A stretch of 64,000 nt of DNA. Origin: Ramazzottius varieornatus (Eukaryota; Animalia; Tardigrada). The stretch is from contig BDGG01000002.1 of NCBI GenBank assembly GCA_001949185.1, positions 434,001-498,000 of the forward strand, given 5' to 3'. The notes under the pieces were generated by a model. The model searched no databases. It was not told where the DNA came from and saw only the letters and a list, made by a program, of their open reading frames with translations. Of this stretch, positions 49,695 to 62,195 are shown piece by piece; position 1 is the stretch's first letter, and each line of letters begins with the position of its first letter. The position numbers and the translations under genes were made by a program.

Positions 49695-50634
49695 TTAGCC
49701 TAGAGTGCCGAACTGATTACCGCCCAAGCCAGTAGTGCCAAAACCAGGATTCAGGCCTTGACCGTAACCTAAATTGGAAAGGCCACCAAGTCCGCTGTTG
49801 CTTTGGAGTGGGAAGCCTCCGCCGAGCAGAGGCTGCTGTCCGAAGAGTCCTTGCTGGCCTCCGTAGAGGGGCTGTTGGCCGAAGGCGTTCTGTTGTGGGA
49901 ACATGCCTTGTTGAGGGAGCATGCCTTGTTGAGGGAACCCGCCGAGTCCGCTGTTGATCTGACGAGCATCAAGTCCATTTGCCAACTGTCCTGGCTGCTG
50001 GACTGGCATTCCGATGGACTGCTGGATTTGTGGTGTAATCAGCTTGGGTGTCAGCTTGGCCGAGGCTTCGGCAGGGGTCAGCAACTGCGGCGAGAAGATG
50101 TTCTGCATGAAACCTGCAAAGAATCCAACACTGTCAGACAATCACCTCAAACCTTGCGGTGGAAACTTCAAATTCAAAATGGAGTTGGAAGAAAATTTAC
50201 CTTTGGCCGAAAGGATGGCCCCAAGGTCCAGTCCGCCATTTTGTTGTGGCTGCACTTGCGTGACGGTTGCTGGATGTTGAACCTGTAAACAGTAAAGAAG
50301 TTTCGGTCAGTAATCGGCTCTGAACGAGGATAGGTCCGGGATGATGGGGGAAGACAGGAAAGTTCACCTGAATAGTGCGAGTTTGAGGTGGCGTAATGAT
50401 GGTGGCTCCGGGTTGAATGGGGATGGCAGGGACGACGGCAGTTCCACTGGGTTCTTGTCCATTGAAGCGGTTGTTGAAGGCACCACGGACATCTTGATCC
50501 AGCTGGGAGACTCGGCTAGCGTTGCTGGTGTCGCTCTGCCGACCGGCCGGGTAGAACTGAGGAGCGGGACTGGACTGGCAGGAGGAACCTACAACCAAAG
50601 CACACAAGGCGAAAAGTACAGACTTCATCATCAT
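49695..50634 (-). CDS. Secreted low-complexity Q/G/P-rich protein (255 aa, 3 exons)
   Basis: Exons 50634-50368, 50282-50201, 50113-49695 splice in frame; signal peptide MMMKSVLFALCALVVGSSC; PQQG/FGQQP repeats. Confidence 0.82.
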
Positions 50635-50757
50635 AATGGGTAGCAAGTGCGACCGTCCAGCGGTGAACAACTGGCCAGCAGGGATGGAAGAAGGATAAAG
50701 TGCAAAGTTTAGCGAGGCAACTTTCTGAAATGGCACTTTTCAGTGAAGGACACTGGC

Positions 50758-50765
50758 TATTTATA
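50758..50765 (-). promoter_or_regulatory. TATA box of the secreted Q/G-rich gene
   Basis: TATAAATA on the minus strand about 125 nt upstream of the ATG. Confidence 0.55.
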
Positions 50766-52162
50766 CTGGCTAGCAGGATGTGGGAAAGCGTGAGGAGGTG
50801 AGGTGGGTGGTACCAATAGGTCAGCGATGCGGATGTCGACACCTCGCCTACTTTTGTCCTTCACAAAACGCAGAAAGGCAACTGGCCAGTAAACCTTCTT
50901 TTCTCCAAGGCAAAATATTCCACGTTTGGCACACATTGCTTGTTCCTTGTTTTGTATCCCCGAGATTTACTGTATGTCAGCGGTTTGGTTCGAGAAGCTT
51001 TCTGCGTGAATAGTGGTCATGAAGTCATCTTCACCTGCCATAATAACCACTTCCTTTCTGCGTTGTGGCTCGTTAGGTACACACCAAAATATGTTGAAAT
51101 GTACACAATAATACGGTTAGATTGCACAGCAATGAAAAAATAAACTACAGCATTATAGAAGGTAGTTTTTCAATGTAGTGCACTGGCACCAAAGCGGTGG
51201 AAGAAACGTCGACCTTTTTCTGGGCATTGTACGGTGGACATTGAGCCTGACAAGGTGCGAAATACAGAGAAATATAGTTCTAGATAATTATGTTACGGTG
51301 ACCGAATGCTGCCATTCCAATCTCACTTTCTTTTCGCGGCCTTTACTACGAATATCAGCAATCTTTACTTATTCATCAAAGAGCTGTTACCTTGTTTTTT
51401 CTTGTGGTTTTAGATGGCGAAACTGTGACGATCAACGGTCGAGAGACGCTGCCGATGAAGACCCTCGTCAATGGTCAAAAAGTTATCGTCGGATACTTCT
51501 TCAAAGACATCAGCAGTCCCTTTGCTGCCTCCACCTCCTCCGCAGCAGCGACCGACAACAGCAGTAAGTCTTTTCCTTAATTCAGAAGTTGTCACAGCTC
51601 GGCTTCAGTCATTCAGTGTGGGTTTGGGAGACAATATTTATGATCAACTGCTTGGTATGTTGTAGTCAGTCGACATGATGCTGCTGCTGCCACACAGAAC
51701 GGCTTCCGAAAGGTTGCCGGTGGTGTCGAGGCGTCAACTTCACAGAAAACCAGGAAAGACTTTGAGATCAACAATCCTGTCAGTTGCGTCCCTCAACAAT
51801 CCAGCCGTGCCAAGCTGAGACTTCTCACCCAAATCAAGAGGTTGATCACAATTTTCTGGCTGACAGCTCAGCAGCCACAGCTTACACTTTCGCCCCTGCG
51901 GTACGACAGAACATGTTACCGAGTGCCGATACCATTCTTTCCACCATCTACATCTTTTGTCCCACAGGGCAGCCATCATCAAGCCTTGTCATCAGGTTGA
52001 ATCACAGGAAGAAGAAAAATAGACTCAACAGCTGGTCCAGACCATTATCATTTACTCAAACGTTCTCATCGCAGAACAAAAGACTGCAATCTATCCACCA
52101 TCTGTCCCAGACAGAATACCGAGGGCTAACCATCTTCGCACCCTAGAGAGCACACGCTCTAG

Positions 52163-54077
52163 CTAGCTTCCGTCTTTAATCGCTTGTTCCTTCGTTCTCT
52201 TTCTTGCCCCTTCTTAGAAGCCTACAGACAGAAAAAGACGGCGGATGATAGATACCTTCGACGAATACACCAACGAAGCACAGAGAGAACTCGAGCCCCA
52301 ATAGTCTTTACCTCGTCGTAGAGTAGCTTCAGGTTGCCACTCTCGGCAAACACCTTGAAGAGCTCGATGATAAGCGGTAGGAAATTGTGCTTCCGACGGA
52401 TATTTTCCACCTAAAAGTATCGTAGAAAATAGCCAAAACTTCGTCATATTTTTACAAATCCAATTTTCTACTGTCTTCGAAGACCAACAAAATTCCCAAT
52501 AGATATTCACTTTGCTTAGCCGCTCTTTTTCTACTTCATCTTGCATTAAGCCATTCAGTTGAGCTATCTGCTGGCTGATATCGTCAGTCGGCATGCTTTG
52601 GTATTGCGCTTGTAGCTCAGCGAGCTGCTTTGAATAAACCATCTTCCGGTCCGTAATCAAAGCCAAAAGAGTGAAGCGGATTTCTCTTCCTGAGTACCTG
52701 GGAAAGATACACACAGTTAGCCAACTTCGAAGTGCGGAAAAGAAGGACCTCTTACGTGTTCATGCGGTTTTCGATAATAGGAGTGGCGATGTGCAACCAG
52801 TCTCTCCCTGCTGGTATTTCGCCGTGGTCGATGGGACCTTCTGCCAGACCGTCCAGCTCGATCAACCTACCGTTGATCGGCAGGTAGCCCACAAAGTGAA
52901 AGACGTCTTCTTCTTTTTCTGCCTTCCTCCCGAAGGTCTCGAAAAGCTCGTTGCGGGCAAAGCTATTATGGACGTTACGGATAACTTCACAGTTGCTCAG
53001 GCATTGACCACGTAGCAGCGGATCGAAACCTGAGGAAACACCCCAACGCATTCGAATAAAGTACAAACGGAATCTCGGCACCGACCTGGAAAAAGTCTTG
53101 ACCTTGATTGGCAGACGTTTCCAGTGTCATTGGTCGTAAGTATGCGACTTGAAATAGGATCCTCGTCGAGTTCTTTTTCCCAAGTGGCGCACACTTTCTG
53201 TGTTACTGGCTCTGAGAATGCGCCACTTGGAGAAAGCGATCCCTTTCGAGTTTGTCTCGAATATTAAGAAAGAGGAACGAGTTCGGGATACAGGAAGGAA
53301 ATTTTTCGTACCATTTGAAAACTCCTTGAAAGATACAAGGGTTTCGCCGAGCTTTAAATCATTGTGCTCCACGTTCAGAAGAATGTTGACTATGGCTTGA
53401 GTCGCGCAGGCGTTGTGAATAACCTAGAGCAATACCCGAATTCGACCACAACTCCATTTCAACAAGTAACGCAGACGCGAGATCAATCTGCGGCACAGCC
53501 GCGACAATAAACCACCTGACTTCGTCCAATCTGCGCCTTCACACCACGTCAAACAAAAGTAGCGTACGCATCCAGGTAATAGCACTGGATAACGTACGCC
53601 ACTATCGGAAACAATCAGATTCGACAAGATCGTTTTCCCAGGTGACGCACGTTCCAGTCTCTAACACTGAAAATGTGCGCCACTTGAGAGAACAGTCCTA
53701 TCGAGATCGGAATAATAGTCTCGTCCCATCAAACGACAAACTCACCTGCTTGGCAAAGTAGATATTCTTTGAATCGGCCAATTTAGGTGGAGATTTCTTC
53801 GGTCCTTCTTGCTCCCACTTGAAGAGGAAAATTAGCCCATGGATAGGCCTAAAGGAAAGATAAGCAGGAAATGCAACGAATCGGCGACACGGAAAAACAT
53901 TATAGTCTCTTCGAAGTTCACGAAAGGTGAGACATACCGTAGCTGTTCGAAGAGCGATTCGTCCAGCATATACAATTCCTCCACCTGCATTCCCGTTACT
54001 CCAAAGTCCCGAATAAGTTCGGTGAAGACAGCGGGATCACTTTCGATCGTGCACCATTCTCCATGGGTACTGGCCAT
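52163..54077 (-). CDS. UCHL5: Ubiquitin C-terminal hydrolase L5 (UCH37)
   Basis: [68 protein letters not shown]; seven exons. Confidence 0.95.
53100..53255. repeat. Palindromic module array (UCHL5 intron)
   Basis: ccaagtggcgcac..atgcgccacttgg plus a degenerate upstream unit. Confidence 0.8.
53555..53707. repeat. Palindromic module array, 2 units (UCHL5 intron)
   Basis: aagtagcgtac..gtacgccacta; ccaggtgacgcac..gtgcgccacttga. Confidence 0.8.
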
Positions 54078-54517
54078 CTCTCTCGCGTTGGCTCCCTCGC
54101 ACCGAGCTGGTTTCCAGCGTCAGTGCCGAACCAAATTCTTAGCGTACACTGTAATCCGTAATCCCGCAGCCAAGAATGAATCAGCGTATTCTCTCTGTCG
54201 TCCACAAGAGCAAGATCCTCAGGAGCAAGATACTGTGAATCAAATTATTCTGGAAAATTGGACACTGGATATAATCCTACGCACTGATCAGCGGTGGACG
54301 GGTGATTTATACAGCCTAATATCGAATATCCCGGAACCGCCACCTACGACCTGTCAAGAACCAGTACAACGGGCAATCTTATCGTCAGGGGGCGAATTCC
54401 ACCTCTAGTGAACAAGAGACATGGTGCTCGAACGACATTCGGAACGGTATTTTTCATATGAAAATATTGATCGACTGATTGCCGTTCCAAGGTTGGGCTG
54501 CGCGTGAGGTTGCAAAG

Positions 54518-55217
54518 TAGTGATGTTCTAATATAGTAATATTATATTAAAGTAGAGGATAGTAGATGATTTGAGCATCTACTATATTTAGTAGTATCTA
54601 GTAAACAGAATTGGGCACCGCATTCCAATATTTATGTTTTAGTAGCTTGAAACCGCAAGTACGATATTTTATCATTATTAAGTTGTCCATCATCTATAGT
54701 AAATATATATTGCAACACGGGTAACGCTACCGCTGATTCGAAAAACTGGTTGATTTGCTGAGTTCTGATGCGTGTGCGTTGGTTTCTCGATGTGCGACCA
54801 CGCCTTATAAAGTGCGCCACACCATGATGATGCCTCTACAGCAGCACAGTAGGGCTACTGGAAAAAGATACCCCTGAACATCGTGCACCTACATACAGTC
54901 TGACACTTTAACCGGCCATGTTACAGTGTGCAGGTGCAGGGCGCAAGCTGTACTACAGTATTTTTGCTGATCTGATGATTGTGATTCTGAATCTTCAGAT
55001 CTTCCGTCGAGCTCTCCGATATAAATCTTAATAACAAACCCTCGAAAGTTCTACTATAGTAATATTNNNNNNNNNNNNNNNNNNNNNNNNNNNNNNNNNN
55101 NNNNNNNNNNNNNNNNTACTATAGTAGTTGTCACTCATTAGAACTTTGATGGACGGCGGATATCTATTTTTATTATATTACCGGTAGATCTCATTAACCC
55201 ATATTAGAATATCACTA
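54518..55217. mobile_element. Possible hAT-like non-autonomous element spanning a gap
   Basis: Inverted ends tagtgat(g/a)ttctaatat; AT-rich tagtag/ctacta subterminal motifs; TSD only partial. Confidence 0.5.
55067..55116. other. Assembly gap (50 N)
   Basis: Run of N. Confidence 1.
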
Positions 55218-56927
55218 TTGTGAGGCCGTTCCGTGGTTTGGTTAATTTACTGAATAAATCACCGGTCCACCCCTGGTACTGGTGAGCTGCAAAACCGAGC
55301 TGATCAGGGCACTGTCACCGCTGAGTTGATTGACAATCAATACTGGACTGCTCGGTTTAGCTGCTCGACACTCGACAGTCCAGAGGTTGATACGGCGCAC
55401 GAGCAGAGGAAAAAATCGGATTAGCGTAGGAATGAGCCAATTGAAAGGGAGCACGTGAGCGGAGCCGAAACGACCGGAACCCACTAATGTGCTCGGTGCT
55501 TAATTCCCGAGTAAGGCATATGGGCCGTTGCTCGAGTGCGTAAGAAATCCGACTAACTTTCCAACCAAGCTTTTCTGTGGGTGTTTTTCCCAAAAGTTCA
55601 AAATACCTTAGATTTGCTTCCAGGACGTCCCACCGAGGTGCCAACTGCACCTCTAACTGCATCTTTCAGGGTTTGACGTCGGTTATTAATTATTCCTCGA
55701 ATTGTAGCAACGACTGCACGCTTGACTGTGACTATGTGAACCTAGAAAACAACGAAAACCTCAGTTTGACTGTGGGCGTAACTGTGGCTTTCGAAAAATC
55801 GATGAGACTGCAACTTCAACTGTGGCTTTTGCCACTTTCTGGATTTCACTTTGCCTTTAACTGCTGCTTTTCGTAACAAGATTCACTTGAGCAGCCGGAA
55901 CTGGAAATCACTCTTTCCGTTTTTCTGTATCAGAACTGGAAACTTCGTGTGATTTGACATCACACCCTACCAAGAAGTCATTAGTTACGAAAATTGATAG
56001 AGGTTTTGCAGAAATTCCCGAGAAGTTACGCTAATTCGCTGGATCGCGTAGCAGGTCTCTACCTCAGCCGATTGGAGTAAGGAATGGGAGGGGCCAATGT
56101 CTCACGCTACCCGGATTTCTTGCGCCGCTCGTGTTCCGCATCAACCTCTCTGGTGATTCGACGCATCAGGCGCCCCCACAAGCGCGAAAACAGTCAAGCC
56201 TTGGAGGATCATGGACAGATACATGCACGTATGTGTCGCCTGAATCTTGCTGTTCGTAGCTAAATCCTTCGGAGAGCCTGAACGTTCCTCCTCAGGCATT
56301 GCGAAACGCTGCGGAAGGGCCGGAAACCTTCTCCAGATTTTTCTGGAATTTCTCCAGATTTTTTGCGAATTTTGTCTGGACATGTCATACGTCATGTCAT
56401 TTCATATCACATGTAGCATATCATTTACACTGACGTCACATCTCGTGGTCCATGCGTCACCGTTTACAGTCACTACCTGGGGTGAACGACAGATGGTTAT
56501 CCCTAATTCCCCTTTGATCTATCCGCCATAGGCTCAGGCTTGCCATAGACAACTGCTGCAGTTCAAGGCTCTCCAATAGTCACGCTGTGACAGCCCTTGG
56601 CGCATTTCAATGGAAAAGCGTTCCGCAAATTTGGCTATGCGGCTCAAAAGCGGACCGAAATTAGACGAAATGAACTGTCCGCTCAGCTCCGACTGCTTCG
56701 CATGGCTTAACTTGTGGCCTCACTGGCCTGATGTAGAGCACGCTTTGCACGGAATCTAGCCGCATCCGCTCTACTGTACTACAGCACAGCTGCGGTACGG
56801 GAATTGACGAAATTTGTGCAGTGCAGCACATTATGCAGCAGGAGGCCGAAAACTGCCGGTGTACCGCGCAGCTCCATGTACCGAAATCTAACAAAAACTA
56901 TAGCTTTTGGATATTAGAACCTCAGGC

Positions 56928-57296
56928 TAGAGCCCTGCAGCAGTAGCTGAAACCCGTGCTGCTTCTGCACTGCATCCGGTTTCCAGAATCTGCAACTGCA
57001 CTGCATCAGCATTTAAAAATCAGAGTTTCTGCGTGTCAACGGAAATACATGTCAAATACATCGTGAACTTGGATGTTTCACAGAGACCTAAACGAAAAAT
57101 GGTGCAGTCCGACCAGAAAAATGATTTTGCTACTTTTTTGGGGCAACAACAGTATACTGCGGCGGATGGTGGTGTCTTTTTCAAAACTGCAACTGCACTG
57201 CAACTGCATTTTCTCACCATTTCGGCGACTGCAACTGCACTGCATTGCAGTGAAATGCAGTGCAGAACAGAACGTACTGCATGTTGCAGGGCTCTA
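56928..57296. mobile_element. hAT-type MITE rich in ACTGC repeats
   Basis: TIR tagagccctgca / tgcagggctcta; 8-bp TSD cctcaggc / cttcaggc. Confidence 0.75.
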
Positions 57297-60219
57297 CTTC
57301 AGGCACCTGAGTTTTGCGGTATTAGAGGGGAACGTTTTCCCCGTTGACTGCCGACTTTGCTAATAATCCTACAAAATCCGTCAATATATCAGCATGCAGC
57401 GCAGTTGCAACAGGTCATTGCGCATCAGTAGCGCAGCTGCCTAGCCACTGCCCACTGGGCATGAAACTTGTACAGCGCGGCACTGTAAAGAGCTTACCTC
57501 GGCAAAGAAGCACTCGTGCTGAATCAGCACGAACACTTCACGTACTTCTAGAACTTTCTTTCCTTCTGCTTCGCTGTCAAAGTAATAAACCGACTGTTCA
57601 GTAACAGTCGGGACTCCTTTTTTCCCTTCCTTCTCTTGAGACCTAGCATTACTAATAAAGAAGACTCTCCCCAGTCAGTTCCCTTTTGATCCTAATTCCT
57701 TCTTCATCGACCGACCTTGTAGGGTTCTTGTCAAGCCAGTGGGAGGCTTTACAGCACAGCGCAGCGAACAGTGATCCGGTAATGTGCGCAGCACAGTTAC
57801 TGCCTACTTTCGGACCTGAGGCCCAGTGCTCTAGAGTCTAACTTAGCTTGATGATCTCGTTGAACTTGACTTTGCCAAATTCATAATTCATGGTTTCCCG
57901 AGATCAGCGATTCGGATTTTGATCCCCTGCGCGATGCGTGATGGGTTTGGTCTTCGAACGAGTCTACCGTATTCCTCTGACTTTTGGTGATCTGGTGCTG
58001 ACAGAACTGGATCTGGCAGGGTGGACTGGAAGCTGGACAGCACGAATTCACGATGCGAAAGGAAGTGAAAATCTTCAAGACAACGGAGCCTGAAGATGAT
58101 GAGGAGCAGGACGAAGATGATGATGCATTGGAAAGTAACAAGCCGGTCGATGAAGAGTTTGAAGTCAAGGAAATCTTGCACGAAAGGATAGAGAAAGGAG
58201 AACTGCTGTACTATGTTTTTTGGGAAGGCTACAGAATCGTGAGTTTTATTTGTCCAGTTTTTATCGTGGATGGTTTTGAATACATTTTGCTATTTTTTAC
58301 AGGAAGAATCTACCTGGGAGCCAGCGGAGAATTTAGCTGGTTGTGACGAAGTGCTCTAAGCTTAAGAAGACAAGAAAGAACGAGATCGTCGGTGGTGGTT
58401 GGTGGAGAATGAAGAAGCGGAGAAAACGAAGGAGAGGAAACGACAAAGGCGACTAAAGCGCGAACAAGAACGACAAAGTAAGTCTGGAAAACTCTCCCTC
58501 TCTTGAGAATATCCCTTCAAAATTCTGAGACGTCGGTAAGACCCTCTTCCTCGTTATTACCTAACGCGCGTTCGGAAGTTGCGATTGGAAGTTGCGATTG
58601 GATCATCCAGGAGAGCAGGTTTCAGGAGGTCTATATTTGTTGATAAGAATTATCTTCGTTATCGTTCCAATCAAGTTGATTGAAATTATGTGCCGGTACA
58701 TTCCAAATGGGCACACACCACAACATGAGGAGCGGCACGCCTCTTTCCATTGAGAGTGCGCCAATGGTGCGCCAATTAGCAGCGCGCACCTCGGAACACT
58801 TGAGCAGTTGCTTGCTTTTCGCGATAGGAAAGCACGGTGGATCGTTAAGTCATACATTGCGCGCAGTGATCGAAATGTATATGGTGTATTTGTCGTTGTA
58901 GAAGAACAGAGGCAGAGCAAATCTCCCAGTCCTGATCGACGTCGTCGAGAAGAACGCTCGTGGCGAGAACGCAGCAAAAGCGAGGAAATTTATCCTGAGC
59001 CACCGAAGAAGAAAAAGGCAGGCAAGGCTCGACCGCAGCCCAAGAAGGAGAAACGTGAACAAATGTTGGTCGACTTCAAGGACCAACTCCAAGCCAAGAG
59101 GACCATGAAAGAGCTGAAGCAACTGAAGGACCAGCCACCAACACCGAACAAGATACGCGATCGATCATCTGACGAGAAGGATGTGTCACCTATCGTGGAG
59201 AGGAAGAAAAGGAAGAAGAAGAGAAAAGTTCGGGTGGCGGATAGTGACGATGAAGGCAAGGTCTTCTACTCCAAGCTGATCCAGGATGGCACTCCCCAGA
59301 AGAAGGCTCGATTAATGGAGGAAAGTGGAGAAAGCGACAGCGAGAATGTCCAAAAGCCTAAAGATGTGTCCCCTCCTGTCTCGGTGTCTAGCCGAGAAAC
59401 CAGCCCTGTCGAGACTCCACCACCTCTTCCAGTCTTATGTATCCCAGGCCGCTTCAGTACTTGTGAGCTGCGCTGACAGCACGGCCCTGACGTATGGATC
59501 ATGCCAAGGCCGTGCCGCTGAGTGTAAAATGTTATTCTGGTCCACCACGGCCTTGTCAGTAGGTGTCGCGGTCAAGGCCGTGCCGTATGATTGATGTACA
59601 TTTACCTTTGTATTGCCTTTTCTTGTCTTTTGCAGTAGACTTTGTTCCCAACAAGGTACTCTTCGCCGAACTCTTCGGTGATTCCTCGTCTTCGGAGAAC
59701 GGTAAGTCCCCGACGGTCAGCAGATAGCCGCAATAAGCATCCTCTTTCTACAGATGTTGCAGAGCTTCCGCCAAGCATCAACGAAGTTCCTCCCAAAGCT
59801 CCTCTTGCAGCTTCGAAGTCTCCCGCAGCTCCAGCTACGGTTTCTCCGCCCTTGTCGATACCAGTGGTACCTCAGAGACCAGCAGCGGCGCCAGTGACTG
59901 CCCGAGCGCCGGTTCAGTCGGTGGCTCCTGTTACTCCGCCAGAGGATCCAAAGCTGCAAGCGGCCATCCAGCGGGATCGTCTGCGAGTCGAACCGACCAC
60001 CAAGCTGATTGCCCTTAACGAAGCGCGACCTCCACCTCGCATCAAGAGCTATATCGCACCTGCCAGCTCGCGTCTTCGACCTGTACCCATCGAACCCCTC
60101 CTCCCACCCCCCACACTTCGACGCAATAATATCACCGGTAAGCTCAAGTTTAGCTTGAGAACGAAAATGAAGGTTTTTCGTTGCGTTGAATTTATCAAAG
60201 CGACAAATTCACCAGCACT

Positions 60220-60378
60220 TTTCTTTGAAGAGGCGCATCCTTGCTGTCAGTAACCCGGCAAACGTGCGCGACTTGGGAGAACAGTCAACCTCGGCAAGAT
60301 CGTTTTTCCAAGAGGCTAACGTTTACAACCAATACCAATATAGAAGTGCGCCAGTGGGTAAAACAGACTCGTCAAGTC
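60220..60378. repeat. Palindromic module array, 2 units (HP1-like gene intron)
   Basis: aagaggcgca..gtgcgcgacttgg; ccaagaggctaac..gtgcgccagtgg. Confidence 0.75.
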
Positions 60379-62034
60379 TACTCAAAAGCTCCCGAAAGTC
60401 CTGATACACATTCTGGAATCATGGCGACCAAAGTTAATATCAAAAATTAAGGTTCGAACATACTTGCAGGTCTTCCTGGCAGCAAGCGATGCATCAAGTC
60501 GGTGACAGCGCCACCGCGAAGTCCCAACTTGAACGGTGTGCAAGTTCCTCCTGAACAGCCACTTTCGAAGGCCATCCCGCCTCTCAGCAGAGCGGTCCCG
60601 CTGCCGAACAACCTCACTGTGCGGATCGCGAACAAACCCACACCTCTTGCCGTAACCATCAGCACCGTCCACATTCCCCCACACCAACTTGATCGAACAC
60701 CGCTAGCAGCCACCCCGACACCGTCAACATCAGCCGCCTTCTTCCCTAGACCACCCAATAGCCCCCACCGTCAATCGTCCGGCTTCAAACTTTCCAGCGC
60801 CTTGAACCACCAAAGAGTACAAGAGTCTTGGGGTGAGGCCGGCAGGCCAAGGCTCGAGGAACCACGGAAAGACAGGGTGGTGTCGAGGATCGACCCGCCT
60901 AAAGTGGCGCAGAGTAGAGCAGGAAAGAGTAGTTTAGCTGATAAAACGGCAGTAAAGCCTGTCCGGCTCACACCAGCAGCAATGAAAGCAGATACAAATG
61001 TAGGGGAAAAGGCTGCACAACAGACACAAGCAGATCCAAGGCCGAAACCTTCCACGGATACTGTAGTTGCTCCTTCTGAATGTCAGAGGCCTTTTCCACC
61101 GACCAACGCTGTCCGGAAATCTTCTCTGGTAACATCAGACTCTAGGTCGGCGGTCCCACCAGTGACCGTTACTTCCTCGGTGGCAGTGACTCCGCCCAAG
61201 GCTTCCTCCACTGATGCGCCAGTTGATCCGAGGAGCAAGCTTTCTTCTTCTGATGCGCCGGTTGACCCGAGAACCAAACCGTCCTGCCTGACTGTCAACT
61301 CGACGGTTCAGCCTCAGCCTTCCCTCAGACCGAATGCGCCTCCGGCTTTCAGTCTACCGTTGCCGCCGCCACCAGCACCACCACTCAACATCCACACCAA
61401 CTCGCCACTCCTACTTCAAGTCAACGCTCAATCAGCCGTCCGACCGGCGTTACCGTACCCGCCGGCCTCGGCGCATCTTCAGCAGCGCCTGGTGAATCAA
61501 GCTTTGACTAACTACCACCAAGCTTACCGGCCACACCCGCCGCCACTGGTCAACCAGCCACCTTTCACTCAGTCCAGCTTCCCCTTCAACCAGTTCCACC
61601 AACCTGCACCAGCTTTTGGTAGCCCACACGTCCTTCACAGCCCGTACTTTTTCAGTTCTGACCCGAATCCTTTCTCGCTGTATGGGCAAGGTCCGCCACC
61701 TCAACAACAGCCCTTCGTCAAGCCTTTGTACGTCATGAATCAACCAGTCAATCACTTTGGAATGGTGGCCCCACACCTGTCCTTGGATAATCATAATTCG
61801 CTCCTCGGTGAATCGTCGCAGCACAGCTTTGGCTTGGTCGTTCCTCAACCGTTGCTTCACGGTACACCCGTGGCGCCACCTACCCACCATGACAATCTGC
61901 ATGTTCTGACTTCTGGTAATACTCACGGGACTGTGCCGGCTAGGCCAGTCCATCCCGTCCCAGTCTCGCCTCCCAGGCGGAAGAAGCCGCAAATGGTAAA
62001 AATGTTCGCCGTACTTGCTAATTACAATTAAATG

Positions 62035-62195
62035 CCCGACAAGAGGCTTTTTTCCAGGTGGCGCACTCCTCCAGTCTTAGCAACTAGTGGTGTGCGCCAC
62101 TTGGAACAATGGTCTTGTCCATTTTTGTCCATCTCCCCAAGTGGCGCACGTTCTCAGTTCCACTGACTGGAAGCATGCGCCACTGGGGAAATAAT
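62035..62195. repeat. Palindromic module array, 2 units (HP1-like gene intron)
   Basis: ccaggtggcgcac..gtgcgccacttgg; ccaagtggcgcac..atgcgccactggg. Confidence 0.85.

Noticed and set aside
51414-52000. Exon-like segments on the + strand (DGETVTINGRETLPMKTLVNGQKVIVGYFF..)
   Set aside because: Plausible splice sites but no start, no family, and no convincing gene model.
56734-57833. Larger hAT-like element enclosing the 56928-57296 MITE
   Set aside because: Ends tagagcac/gtgctcta match over only 8 bp and the flanking 8-mers do not form a TSD.
27388-58365. TAA reassigned to a sense codon
   Set aside because: Intact genes here (defensin, SDR, NR-NOL8 model, sulfotransferase) end in TAA and conserved genes show no internal TAA.
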